Of a stretch of 64,000 bases of DNA, positions 19,268 through 29,024 are shown piece after piece. The stretch's first letter is position 1. Each line of letters starts with the position of its first letter. Source of the stretch: Actinomycetota bacterium (GTDB lineage Bacteria; Actinomycetota; UBA4738; HRBIN12). The notes under the pieces are model-generated. The model worked only from the letters and a program-made list of their open reading frames with translations, searched no databases and was not told where the DNA came from. The stretch is from assembly GCA_040882605.1 (NCBI GenBank), contig JBBEAY010000017.1:27933-91932 (forward strand), given 5' to 3'. The translations under genes and the position numbers were made by a program.

Positions 19268-20386
19268 ATGGCAGGCGGAGAGGTTCAACTCGTCGATCTC
19301 GTCAAGCGGTTCGGAGACTTCACGGCGGTCGCCGGCATCAACCTGGACATGCCCTCGGGCGAGTTCTTCTCGCTGCTCGGGCCGTCGGGCTGCGGCAAGA
19401 CGACGTCTCTACGCATGATCGCCGGGTTCGAGCGCCCGAGTGAAGGTCAGATCCTGCTCGATGGGGTCGACATGGCGCAGACACCCCCGCACAAGCGCAA
19501 CGTGAACACCGTGTTCCAGAACTACGCGCTGTTCCCGCACCTTACTGTCGAGGAGAACGTCGCGTTCGGGCTGAAGTACAAGAACGTGTCGAAGCAGGAG
19601 ATGCGCGAGCAGGTCGGGCGGTCCCTCGAGCTCGTGGCGCTCACCGGGTTCGGATCGAGGCGCCCTACGCAGCTCTCGGGTGGCCAGCAACAGCGCGTCG
19701 CACTCGCGCGCGCCCTGATCCTCAACCCCGCCGTGCTCTTGCTCGACGAGCCGCTCGGCGCCCTCGACGCGAAGCTCCGCAAACGCCTGCAGATCGAGCT
19801 GAAGGCCCTACAGGAAGAGGTCGGCATCACGTTCATCTACGTGACGCACGACCAGGAAGAGGCGCTCACGATGTCGGACCGTATCGCGGTCATGTCGCAG
19901 GGACGCGTCGAGCAGGTGGGCCCGCCCAAGGAGATCTACGAAGAGCCCGCCACTGCGTACGTGGCCGACTTCCTCGGCGTGTCGAACCTGATGGACGCGA
20001 CCGCTCTGGGCCAGACCGCGAACGGGTGCTCCGTGTCGATCGGCGAGTTCTCGTTCACCGCGGGACAAGGTGATGAGGACACCCGCGGTTCGGCGAAGGT
20101 GACGATCCGCCCAGAGCGCGTGAGCCTCGAGGCGCAGGGCACGACCGGTGAGAACCGGGTTCCTGCCATGGTCGAGCGCGTCGTCTACGTCGGGTCCGTG
20201 CTGCAGGTGATCGTGAACCTCGCGCCCGGACAGCGCATCCAGGCGTGGTTGCAGAACGAGGGCGGCGCGATGCCGTACGAGTCGGGCGCTCCGGTCACGG
20301 TGCACCTTCCCGTCGAGGCGCTCCGCGTGCTGCCCGAGGCAGGAACGGCAGTGATGGAGAGCGGCGAGCTCGATGACGAGCCGTAG
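19268..20386 (+). CDS. ABC transporter ATP-binding protein, PotA (spermidine/putrescine importer) type
   Basis: Walker [13 protein letters not shown] signature [15 protein letters not shown], Walker [12 protein letters not shown], and a C-terminal TOBE/MOP-like regulatory domain. Start placed at [11 protein letters not shown]. Confidence 0.85.
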   Translation: MAGGEVQLVDLVKRFGDFTAVAGINLDMPSGEFFSLLGPSGCGKTTSLRMIAGFERPSEGQILLDGVDMAQTPPHKRNVNTVFQNYALFPHLTVEENVAFGLKYKNVSKQEMREQVGRSLELVALTGFGSRRPTQLSGGQQQRVALARALILNPAVLLLDEPLGALDAKLRKRLQIELKALQEEVGITFIYVTHDQEEALTMSDRIAVMSQGRVEQVGPPKEIYEEPATAYVADFLGVSNLMDATALGQTANGCSVSIGEFSFTAGQGDEDTRGSAKVTIRPERVSLEAQGTTGENRVPAMVERVVYVGSVLQVIVNLAPGQRIQAWLQNEGGAMPYESGAPVTVHLPVEALRVLPEAGTAVMESGELDDEP

Positions 20387-20389
20387 CTC

Positions 20390-21307
20390 CTATAGCTGCG
20401 CGAAGCTCCCCACGTCGGCGCCTTGCTGTCCCTTGGAATAGCGGCGGTACAGCAGGTATCCGACCACGATCACCAACATCGTTGCGAACAGCATGACGGT
20501 GGCGGCGGCGTTCACGGCAGGGGTCGGTGACGCCCTCGCCGCCGAATAGATCTTGACCGAGAGCGGTTCGCTGGAAGCCGCACCGGACAGGAAGCGCACG
20601 ATCACGAAGTCGTCGACCGAGTCGGCGAAGACGACAGCGATGCTCGCGAGGATCGCCGGTGACAGCAGCGGCAGCAGCACCCGGCGGATCGACTGCGACG
20701 GCTTCGCGCCGAGGTCCATCGCGGCCTCCTCGTACTCGGGCCCGATCGATAACAGCCGCGCGCGAACGATCACGAGCGGATACGACATCTGGAACGTGAC
20801 GAGCCCAAGGATCTGCACGTTCGTTCCGAGGTTGAACACGTTGTTCAGCAGTTGCGTGAACATGAGGAACAGGGAGACGCCCAGGATCATCTCGGGGAGC
20901 ACGAACGACAGCAGCATCAGGAAGTTCGCCGAGCGCGCGGGACGCCCGTGCCAGCGGTCGATGCCGATCGCGAACGCGGTGCCCAGGGGCACGGCGAGTA
21001 CCACGGTCGACAGCGCCAATCTGAACGTCTGGAACATCGCCCGGCGCAGATCAGGGTCGCGGAACAACGAGTCGAACTCGTCGCCGGTCCACCAGCGCAG
21101 CGAGAAACCCTGCCACGTGCTGCGAGACCGTCCCGCGTTGAACGAGAAGATGACCGCGATCAGCACCGGGAGCAACGACCACAACAAGTAGCCGATCGTG
21201 ATGCCCTGCAGGAAGTAGGGCTTGCGCCAGGGATCACGGAAGAAGCTCTGCCGAATACGTGCTCGCGGCACAGCGGCCGTGCGATCGGTGGCGACGATCT
21301 CGCTCAC
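20390..21307 (-). CDS. ABC transporter permease, PotC-like
   Basis: Trimmed from the 757-aa track ORF to the GTG at Val453, which overlaps the upstream permease stop (GTGA). It has six transmembrane helices and an EAAxDLGA-type loop (EEAAMDLGAKPSQ). Confidence 0.8.
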   Translation of the reverse strand: MSEIVATDRTAAVPRARIRQSFFRDPWRKPYFLQGITIGYLLWSLLPVLIAVIFSFNAGRSRSTWQGFSLRWWTGDEFDSLFRDPDLRRAMFQTFRLALSTVVLAVPLGTAFAIGIDRWHGRPARSANFLMLLSFVLPEMILGVSLFLMFTQLLNNVFNLGTNVQILGLVTFQMSYPLVIVRARLLSIGPEYEEAAMDLGAKPSQSIRRVLLPLLSPAILASIAVVFADSVDDFVIVRFLSGAASSEPLSVKIYSAARASPTPAVNAAATVMLFATMLVIVVGYLLYRRYSKGQQGADVGSFAQL

Positions 21308-22260
21308 GCTCGCTCCGCGGCGCGCTTGGTCTCTCGCAGGTAGTAGAGCATCGGCACGACGACGATCACCATGAGCACGATCGTGAGCGAACCGGCTTCC
21401 GGGCCCTGGCCGGCGCCGAACACGGTGAGGCTGATCAGGTTGCCGAGCATCGATGTCTGTGTGCTGCCCAGCAGGTCGTTCGTGTAGTAGTCGCCGAACA
21501 TCGGCAGCGACACGATCACCATGCCGGCGAGGATCGCCGGCTTCGACAGCGGAAGCGTCACGCGCCTGAAGGTCTGCGCTGGGCTCGCGCCCAGGTCGCG
21601 TCCGGCTTCGAGCAGGTTCTGGTTGATGCGGTCGAGCGATCCGAACAAGGGCAGGATCATGAACGGGATGTAGCCGTAGACGAGCCCGAGGATGACTGTG
21701 ACGGGCTTGCCTGCGAGCCAGTTCACAGGTTCGGCGAAGATGCTCCAGATGTCGCTGATGTAGCCGTCGGGCGTGAGCAGCGACTGCCATGCGTAGATGC
21801 GCATCAGATAGCTGATCCAGAACGGTGACACGAGGAGCACGAGGATCAAAACCCGATACTTCCCGGCGTATCGGGCCGCGTAATACGCGACCGCATAGCC
21901 GAGCACTAGGCAGATCACGCTGGCGAAGGATACGAACACGAACGTGCGGATCAGTGGCTGCAGGTAGATCGTGTCGTTCGCGTAGAATTTCTGCAGCGTG
22001 GTGTCGAACGTGGCGAAGCTCCAGTACCACGGTTGGTACACGGGAAGGGGCGTACGGAACAGCGGCTCGACGTAGCCGAAGGCGACCGAGAGCACCGTGT
22101 AGAACGGCAGCAGGAACAGCACCGCCAACCAGAGGATGCCCGGCAGGGTGAACGAGGGCCAGTACCAACGAGGGAACCAGGCGCCTCCGCGCCCAGCCGC
22201 CTCGTCGGCCCTGTTCCTCCTGCGGCCCTTGGACTCCGCGGTCGTCTCTGCGCTCGCCAT
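21304..22260 (-). CDS. ABC transporter permease, PotB-like
   Basis: 318 aa. EAA loop LEAGRDLGASPAQTFRRVTLP. Hydrophobic throughout. Confidence 0.82.
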   Translation of the reverse strand: MASAETTAESKGRRRNRADEAAGRGGAWFPRWYWPSFTLPGILWLAVLFLLPFYTVLSVAFGYVEPLFRTPLPVYQPWYWSFATFDTTLQKFYANDTIYLQPLIRTFVFVSFASVICLVLGYAVAYYAARYAGKYRVLILVLLVSPFWISYLMRIYAWQSLLTPDGYISDIWSIFAEPVNWLAGKPVTVILGLVYGYIPFMILPLFGSLDRINQNLLEAGRDLGASPAQTFRRVTLPLSKPAILAGMVIVSLPMFGDYYTNDLLGSTQTSMLGNLISLTVFGAGQGPEAGSLTIVLMVIVVVPMLYYLRETKRAAERA

Positions 22261-23559
22261 CTAGCCGCCGGCCTGGATCGCGCTCCAGGCGTCGAGCCAG
22301 AGTGTGTCGACCTCTGGGCTGAGCTGGGTCTGGACCAGAGCGGTGGCGAACATCTCCTCGGTGACAACCGCACGATCCAGCGCCGGCGGCACCACGTTGT
22401 CGTCGATCAGGGTTTGCGGCTCGATCGAGGTGAACGGCGGTTGATAGCCGTTCCAGTCGGCGAAGTTCACGTATCCCCACTTCTCGTCGAGGAAGAAGTT
22501 GAGGAACTCGTGGGCGAGGCGAGGGCTCTTCGAGGTCGTCGGGATCGTGATGGTGTCGTTGCCGATGAGCCCCGGCTCGTCTTCGGGATACCAGAAGCCG
22601 AGCACGTCCTCGCTGGTTCCCTTGGGCAGGTACCACTTCGCACCCACGATGTCGCCCGACCACGCCTGCGACACGGTGAACTCGCCTTCGGGAAGCTTCG
22701 CGTAGGTGCCGTTGATGCGGAGCTGCCCGTCGAGGTCGTTCACGATCTCGAGGATCGCGTCCTTCGCGGCGGTGATCTCGACGGGATCGCTGGAGTTCGG
22801 GTCGGTGCCTCCATTGCGGATCATCGCCATGCCGAGCGCGTCGCGGTACGAGTCGTAGTAGGCGATCTCACCCGCGTACTCCGGGTTCCAGAGCATCTCG
22901 TAGCCTTGCGCGGCCGCATCGGCATCATCGATGCGGTCACGCCTATATGCCACACCTGTGGTGTAGATCACGTACGGCACGGTGTAGCGCGCACCCAGGT
23001 CGTAGAACGGGCCCGGGTCCGAGAAGCTCGGCCACACGTTGGCCTTGAGGTTCGGGATGAGCTCGTGGTTGAGGGGCTGGATCAGGGGTCCGCTCTCGTT
23101 GCCCTGCACGAGCCGCGAGATGTAGTCGGTGGTGGGGAAGAAGACGTCTGGCTGCACCTGGCCCGAGTTGAGCTTCTGGATGCCCTCTTCCATGTTATTG
23201 AAGGTGGTCCACTCGACCGTGACGCCGTACTCGTCCTCGAAGGCCTGCAGGACCTTCTTGTACATGTAGGCGTCCCAGTTGTAGACCTGCAGGGTCGCGC
23301 CCTCTTCGATCGGCGTGCCGGTCGCGATCGCTTCGCCGTTCAGCGGAAGCTCGACCGGGTTGTCGGGACGGGCGAGCGGGATCTCGCCGGTGCCGGTGCC
23401 GCTGCCATCGCCACCGGATGAGGTACCCGGCTTGTCACATGCAGCGAGGACCGCCGCCAACGAAGGAGCGACGATCGCGCCGCCGGCCGCCCTGGTCAGG
23501 AACTGCCGTCGCGACCAGTGTCGAGACGAGTCGTTGCCCATCGGGTGCCTGCCTGCCAT
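22261..23559 (-). CDS. ABC transporter substrate-binding protein, PotD/PotF family, Tat-signal lipoprotein
   Basis: Start placed at Met24, 6 nt after GAGGAGGGG. Twin-arginine motif RRQFLTR plus lipobox LAAC. Clearly paralogous to 15714-17006. Confidence 0.8.
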   Translation of the reverse strand: MAGRHPMGNDSSRHWSRRQFLTRAAGGAIVAPSLAAVLAACDKPGTSSGGDGSGTGTGEIPLARPDNPVELPLNGEAIATGTPIEEGATLQVYNWDAYMYKKVLQAFEDEYGVTVEWTTFNNMEEGIQKLNSGQVQPDVFFPTTDYISRLVQGNESGPLIQPLNHELIPNLKANVWPSFSDPGPFYDLGARYTVPYVIYTTGVAYRRDRIDDADAAAQGYEMLWNPEYAGEIAYYDSYRDALGMAMIRNGGTDPNSSDPVEITAAKDAILEIVNDLDGQLRINGTYAKLPEGEFTVSQAWSGDIVGAKWYLPKGTSEDVLGFWYPEDEPGLIGNDTITIPTTSKSPRLAHEFLNFFLDEKWGYVNFADWNGYQPPFTSIEPQTLIDDNVVPPALDRAVVTEEMFATALVQTQLSPEVDTLWLDAWSAIQAGG

Positions 23560-23699
23560 GCGAACCCCTCCTCGCTCCGCGCCCAGCGAGAGCTGAGCGG
23601 GCTCAACTTCAATGGCGCTGAGTACCATAGGTGCACCGTGCTATGCAAGTGTCACCCATGTGCACCGCCAGTCGATAGTCCGTTCGGACCCCGACACTG

Positions 23700-24938
23700 A
23701 TGCATACGCAGCGCCGGGCGATCGTGGTTGGCGCCGGGTTGGCGGGACTGTCGGCGGCCCGCTCGTTGGCCGACCAGGGCGTCAACGTCGCGGTGCTCGA
23801 AACTCGCGAGCGCGTGGGTGGCAGGGTCTGGTCGGTCACCCTCACGAACGGGGCCATCGTCGAGCTCGGCGCCGAGTGGATCATGGCCGATGACACGGCA
23901 CTGCGGGAAACGGCCTCGAGGTTCGGGGTCGAACTCGTCGACACCGGAGCCTCGTACGGTCGCCGCGAGCCATGGGGAGTCGGAGCGGCGTCGCTCGATG
24001 TACAGGATGGATTCGTCGAGTCGGCGAACTTCGCGCTCGCTCGGCTGACGGCCGGCGAGGTCTCGACCATGAGCGTGGGGGCCTTCCTGGCGTCGGTCGA
24101 CGGCGATGAAGCAGCGCGCGCGATCGTGATGAGACGGCTCGCCGGCACGTGTGCGCGGGACCTGTATGAGGTTGCGCTCACGTCGTTCAACGGCGACCGG
24201 CCGTTCTCGGCTCACGGCGCTCGTTACTTCCGGGCGGGTACGGGCAACCAGACGCTCGCGCTCGAGCTTGCGTCTTCGCTGCCCGACGTGCGCACCGGCC
24301 AGGCCGTCGATGTGATCGAGCACGACGAGCGGGGGGTCACGGTGCGTGTGGGTCCGCACGCCGAGCGCGCCGATGCGGTGGTGGTCGCGGCGCCGGCGCC
24401 GATCGTGTCGCGACTCTCGTTCACCCCCGCGCTGCCCGGTGATCTCGCCTCGGCGCTCGCGGAGCTGCCGATGGGCGTGGCGTCGAAGTTCGCCGTCGCA
24501 ACGAAGGAACGACCCGTTGCGCGATCTCGCCAGGCTTCAGACCGGTCGATGTGGTGTTGGACCGCGAAGGGCGCCGACGACAGGGCGAGGAAGTGCGTCG
24601 CGTCGTTCGCGGGCTCGCCGGCGGCCCACGATTCGCTCGGCCTTCACCGCGGCGAGCCCACAACTTGGCTCGAGGCCGTGCGCGCGATGAACCCGGATCT
24701 CACCTTCGTCGATGAGCCCGTGCTCTACACCTGGGCCGACGACCCGTACACGCTCGGGGCCTACTCGAGCTGGGACGCGGCGTCGTGGTCCCGACGTGAA
24801 GTGTTCGCTCGACCCGTCGGTCGCATCGCGTTCGCTGGAGAGCACACCGCCGGCGATCGCCACGGCACGATGGAGGGTGCCCTTCGTTCGGGAAAGCGAG
24901 CGGCGGAACATGTCGTCGCCCTGCTCGGCGCTGACTGA
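23700..24938 (+). CDS. Flavin-containing amine oxidase (MAO/polyamine oxidase family)
   Basis: N-terminal FAD motif IVVGAGLAGLSAARSL..VAVLETRERVGGR, and a C-terminal FAGEHT..G..EGAL signature typical of amine oxidases. It lies beside the polyamine-type transporter. Confidence 0.78.
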   Translation: MHTQRRAIVVGAGLAGLSAARSLADQGVNVAVLETRERVGGRVWSVTLTNGAIVELGAEWIMADDTALRETASRFGVELVDTGASYGRREPWGVGAASLDVQDGFVESANFALARLTAGEVSTMSVGAFLASVDGDEAARAIVMRRLAGTCARDLYEVALTSFNGDRPFSAHGARYFRAGTGNQTLALELASSLPDVRTGQAVDVIEHDERGVTVRVGPHAERADAVVVAAPAPIVSRLSFTPALPGDLASALAELPMGVASKFAVATKERPVARSRQASDRSMWCWTAKGADDRARKCVASFAGSPAAHDSLGLHRGEPTTWLEAVRAMNPDLTFVDEPVLYTWADDPYTLGAYSSWDAASWSRREVFARPVGRIAFAGEHTAGDRHGTMEGALRSGKRAAEHVVALLGAD

Positions 24939-25048
24939 TCGGCTCGAACGCCGCCGACGGCTTGGGTCCTGCAGTTGCTAGCATCGCGCCCACCCACCGC
25001 GTCGACACGACGACTGAGGACACGACGACAGAGAGAAGAGGGATATCC

Positions 25049-25888
25049 GTGAGCGATCCAACCGCCTACACCGACGCCGTGCTGCTCATCGACGACATCG
25101 GGCCCGTGCGGCGCCTGACGATGAACCGACCGGATGCTCTCAACGCCCTGAACGGAGAGCTGCTCGAGGCGATGTCCGAGGCGGTCCGTGATGCGGGGCG
25201 TGACGACTCGGTCAGCGTCGTGATCGTGCGCGGCGCCGGGCGCGCGTTCTGCGCGGGCTACGACCTGAACGAAGACGCCGAGGGCGGCGAGCACGACGCC
25301 CGCTACTGGCACGAGGAGCTTGCGCTGTCGACCGAGCGCATGCTCGAGCTCACCGACTGTCCCAAACCAACGATCGCCCAAGTGCACTCGTACTGCCTGG
25401 CCGGCGGCACAGACCTGATGCTCGCGTGCGACCTCGCTGTGGTGGCCGACGACGCGAAGTTCGGCTACGTCGATATCCGCTTCGGCTCGGGCGTCGTGTC
25501 GATGTTCCTGCCGTGGGTGGTGGGGGTGCGCCAGGCCAAGGAGATGCTCTTCACCGGGGAGGACCGCGTGAGTGCCGACGAGGCCTTGCGCATCGGCATG
25601 GTGAACCGCGTCGTGGCGCCCGGCGACCTCGACGACGCGACGCTCGCGCTCGCGAACGAGATCGCGAAGAACGAGCCGTTCGTGATCCAGACGACGAAGC
25701 GCGCGGTGAACAGGGCGTGGGACGTCGCCGGCTTCCGCGCCGCGATGGCGTCGAACACCGAGCTCGACGTGTTGATCGAGACGACGAACCTTCCGGCTCG
25801 CGACGAGTTCCGTCGCATCACGCAGGAGCAAGGCCTCAAGGCCGCGATCGCATGGCGCGACGCGCGCTTCCGCGACGAGCAGGCGTGA
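25049..25888 (+). CDS. Enoyl-CoA hydratase/isomerase (crotonase) family protein
   Basis: Start at the GTG after GAAGAGGG. Crotonase fold features: MNRPDALNAL, the oxyanion-hole region FCAGYDL, and a C-terminal helical region. Confidence 0.8.
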   Translation: MSDPTAYTDAVLLIDDIGPVRRLTMNRPDALNALNGELLEAMSEAVRDAGRDDSVSVVIVRGAGRAFCAGYDLNEDAEGGEHDARYWHEELALSTERMLELTDCPKPTIAQVHSYCLAGGTDLMLACDLAVVADDAKFGYVDIRFGSGVVSMFLPWVVGVRQAKEMLFTGEDRVSADEALRIGMVNRVVAPGDLDDATLALANEIAKNEPFVIQTTKRAVNRAWDVAGFRAAMASNTELDVLIETTNLPARDEFRRITQEQGLKAAIAWRDARFRDEQA

Positions 25889-28023
25889 GCCGACGGCCGC
25901 ACGCTTCGCGGCCGCGCGCGCCGCGGCCCCGTTACGACCTCAGGCCGCTGCTCGCGCCACGCTCTATCGCGGTTGTGGGGGCGTCGGAGTCACCGGACTC
26001 CTGGGCGCCCGAGATCGAGCGGTCGCTGCGCCACATCGGCTACGACGGCGATCTGTATCCGATCAATCCGAAGTACGACGTTGTGTGGGGCCGACCCTGC
26101 CTGCACGCGATCGGTGAGCTGCCGGCCGGCGTCGATCTCGTCGTGTTCGTGGTGCCGGCGCGGGTCGTAGTGCGCATGATCGATGACTGCGCCGCGCGCG
26201 GCGTCAAGAGCATCATGGTGGTGTCGTCGGGCTTCGCCGAAGCCGGCGTCGAAGGCGTCGCGCTGCAGGAGGAGCTGCAACGGGCGGCGCAGCGCACCGG
26301 CATCCCGGTGCTCGGCCCCAACGTCGAGGGTTTCGTCAACTACGTGGAGCGCGTCGCACCCTACGGCACGACTCCGCCGCCTGAACCGCTCGCCGGCAAC
26401 ATCAGCGTGATCAGCCAGAGCGGAACCGTGGCCTGGGCCATGAACCAGCAGGCGTCGGATCGCGGGGTGGGCTTGCGAATCATCCTTGGGGTCGGCAACG
26501 AGGCCGTGCTCGGCCTCGGCGACATGTTCGAGTGGGCGGCCGATGACGCGAAGACCAAGGTGGTCACGAGCTACATCGAGACGATGCGCGACGTCGAGGG
26601 CATCGGTCGGGGACTCGACGCGCTGCGTCGCGCAGGCAAGCCCGTGCTCATCTGCGCGCCCGAGGGTCGGAGTGAGGCCGCCCGCCGTTCGATCGTGGCG
26701 CACACGGGCGCGCTCGCCGGCAACACGACTCTGCGCGACGCGTGGCTGCGGGCGCGCGCGGTGATCCTCGTCGAGGACCCCGTCACCATGTTCGAGGCGG
26801 CGGTGCTGCTCTCGAACGTGAGGAAGCTCCGCACGACCGGCGTCGCCGCGGCTCTGCAGTCGGGCGGCGCCTGCACGCTGTTCGCGGAGGCGGCAGGCGC
26901 CGCCGGCCTCGATCTACCAGAGCTCTCGCTCGTGACGAAACGCAGGCTGAAGAAGGTGCTGCCGCATTTCGCCTCTCAGAACAACCCGCTAGACGTGACT
27001 GGCCAGGCGGCCGTCGAGACCGAGATGTACGAGGGCGCGCTCGAGGCGCTCGCGAACGACTCCGCGGTGGGATTGATCGCGTTCGACGCGGTCCCGCCGC
27101 GACTCGACGGCGAAACGCCCTGGGCCGACCCGGTGCTGAAGAAGGTCAAGCAGTTGCGGGGCGCGACCGGGGTGGCGTTCGCGAGCGTCGCGATGGGTCC
27201 GCTCGCGTACATCCCGGCCGCCAAATCGTTCACGAGCAGGCACACACTGCCGTTCTTGCAGGGACATCGCGCATCGGCGGGCGCGATCAAAGCGCTCGTC
27301 GAGTTCCAGAGCTCGAAGCGGCGAGCCACTGCCGACCTGCCGCCGCATCCGAACCGCGCGAAGGCGCTACGCGTTTTGAAGGGCCACGAGGGACCGATCG
27401 ACGAGGAGACGGGCGCGAAGATCCTCGGGTTGTACGGCGTCGCTCGGCCGAAAGAACGAACCGTCGCGTCCCCGGCACAAGCTGCGGCGTTCGCACGAAC
27501 GATCGGATTCCCGGTGGTCGTGAAAGCGCAGGCGCCCGAGATCCCGCACAAGGCCAAGCTCGGCGGGGTGCGGCTCGGCCTGCGGAACGCGATCGATGTC
27601 GAGGTGGCCGCGGCCGAGGTGCTCGAGGCGGCGAGGCGCGCAGGCGCGAGGGCGCCCAAGGTGCTCGTGCAGCAGATGGTGCACGGCGCCGAGGTGCTCG
27701 TCGGCGCGGTCGTCGACGACCGCTTCGGGCCGATGATCACCGTTCGTCCGGGGGGCGTGCTCGCCGAGGAAGGTGACGCGGTCTTCATGCCGTGTCCACT
27801 GACCCCTGCGCAGGCGCGCAGCTACGTCGCTGACCACGCCGAGGCCTGTGGACTCAGCGCGGAGTCGCACGACCTACGCGCCATGGCGAAGGCGGTTGAG
27901 GCGATCTCGCGCATCACTCACGACCTGCGGGGGCGTCTCACTTCGTTCGAGGCGAACCCGCTCCTCGTGAGCGAGCACGATGCCGTGGCGGTCGACGCCC
28001 TCGCGGAAGTCCGCTCCGAGTGA
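25885..28023 (+). CDS. Acyl-CoA synthetase (NDP-forming), fused CoA-binding plus ATP-grasp domains
   Basis: Trimmed from the 865-aa ORF to the GTG overlapping the crotonase stop. SIAVVGAS...DLYPINPKY...VVFVVPA is the CoA-binding (succinyl-CoA synthetase alpha-like) domain. The C-terminus is an ATP-grasp domain (GFPVVVKAQAPEIPHKAKLGGVRLGL). Confidence 0.78.
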   Translation: MSRRPHASRPRAPRPRYDLRPLLAPRSIAVVGASESPDSWAPEIERSLRHIGYDGDLYPINPKYDVVWGRPCLHAIGELPAGVDLVVFVVPARVVVRMIDDCAARGVKSIMVVSSGFAEAGVEGVALQEELQRAAQRTGIPVLGPNVEGFVNYVERVAPYGTTPPPEPLAGNISVISQSGTVAWAMNQQASDRGVGLRIILGVGNEAVLGLGDMFEWAADDAKTKVVTSYIETMRDVEGIGRGLDALRRAGKPVLICAPEGRSEAARRSIVAHTGALAGNTTLRDAWLRARAVILVEDPVTMFEAAVLLSNVRKLRTTGVAAALQSGGACTLFAEAAGAAGLDLPELSLVTKRRLKKVLPHFASQNNPLDVTGQAAVETEMYEGALEALANDSAVGLIAFDAVPPRLDGETPWADPVLKKVKQLRGATGVAFASVAMGPLAYIPAAKSFTSRHTLPFLQGHRASAGAIKALVEFQSSKRRATADLPPHPNRAKALRVLKGHEGPIDEETGAKILGLYGVARPKERTVASPAQAAAFARTIGFPVVVKAQAPEIPHKAKLGGVRLGLRNAIDVEVAAAEVLEAARRAGARAPKVLVQQMVHGAEVLVGAVVDDRFGPMITVRPGGVLAEEGDAVFMPCPLTPAQARSYVADHAEACGLSAESHDLRAMAKAVEAISRITHDLRGRLTSFEANPLLVSEHDAVAVDALAEVRSE

Positions 28024-28868
28024 TCTTCGGCCTCGCGGCCGCCCTCGGCTGGGGCCTCGCCGACTTCACCGGCGCGGTCGGGGGCCGGCGCATGGGCAGC
28101 CTTCCCACGGTGGCGGTCGCGCAGTTGTTCAGCGCGGCAGTGATGACGGCGTTCATGGTCGCGGGCGGGCACAGCCCCGGCGTGATCGCGCCCTATGCGG
28201 GGTTCGTCGTGTTGAACGGGCTGGCGTCGGGCGGGGCGTATCTCTCGCACTACCGGGCGCTGCAGCTCGGCCCGGTCGCGGTCGTATCGCCGATCGGCGC
28301 GACCTACGCCGTGGTCGGCGTGACGCTGGCGGTCGTGTTCCTCGGTGAGCGTCCCGGCCCGGCGGCGATCGTCGGCGGCGTGCTCACCGTGGTCGGCGTG
28401 ATGCTCACGTCGACCGATCTCGCGAGGCTGCGAGCAGGCACGCACACCAGGGCGCCCGGTCTTCCGTGGGCCATCGTCTCGTCGGTGCTGTTCGGCGTCG
28501 GCGGGTTCCTGCTCGGCTACTTCGCGCAGGAAGTCGGATGGGTTCCCGGGCTCTGGGCATCGCGATGCGCGCAGCTCGCGATGTTCGCGGCGCTCTCGGT
28601 CGTCCGCCGGCGAGAGTTCGATCGGCTCGGGTGGAACCTCGCCCTCGTCTGGGCGCTCGCGTCGGGTGCGTCGGACCTGCTCGGCGTCGTGACCTACTCG
28701 ATCGGCGCCTCGCAGGGCCTCGTCTCGATCGTGCTGATCGCCTCCGCGGTGTTCCCGCTGATCGCCGTCTCGCTCTCGATCGCCTTCCTGCACGAGCGGC
28801 CGGTGGCGAACCAGTACGTGGGCATAGCTTTGGTCGTGACGGGGCTGGCCGCGCTCGGCGTCGGGTGA
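28020..28868 (+). CDS. EamA/DMT family transporter
   Basis: 282 aa with 10 predicted transmembrane helices arranged as two EamA repeats. GTG start overlaps the upstream stop. Confidence 0.75.
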   Translation: MIFGLAAALGWGLADFTGAVGGRRMGSLPTVAVAQLFSAAVMTAFMVAGGHSPGVIAPYAGFVVLNGLASGGAYLSHYRALQLGPVAVVSPIGATYAVVGVTLAVVFLGERPGPAAIVGGVLTVVGVMLTSTDLARLRAGTHTRAPGLPWAIVSSVLFGVGGFLLGYFAQEVGWVPGLWASRCAQLAMFAALSVVRRREFDRLGWNLALVWALASGASDLLGVVTYSIGASQGLVSIVLIASAVFPLIAVSLSIAFLHERPVANQYVGIALVVTGLAALGVG

Positions 28869-29024
28869 GCGCGGCGTACCCGCGATCGACGCGGAGTGAA
28901 CACCTGCGCACCCTGGGTTGTCGGCTGCGCAACCCTTGACTTGCGCACTTCCGCGCGCGGGCCGACTATCTGGCGTCCGGACGGTGGGCCCGCCGAGGCC
29001 CGACCGAGGAGGGGGTGTCGCGCC

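Noticed and set aside
20390-22663. 757-aa ORF, and the similarly over-long track ORFs (25426-28023, 40516-42882, 32792-34666, 45892-48681, 54262-55851, 62330-63751)
   Set aside because: The N-terminal parts read through the upstream gene in a shifted frame and carry no motifs. I trimmed them to internal ATG, GTG or TTG starts that give 4-nt overlaps or good RBS spacing and recover the expected protein N-termini.
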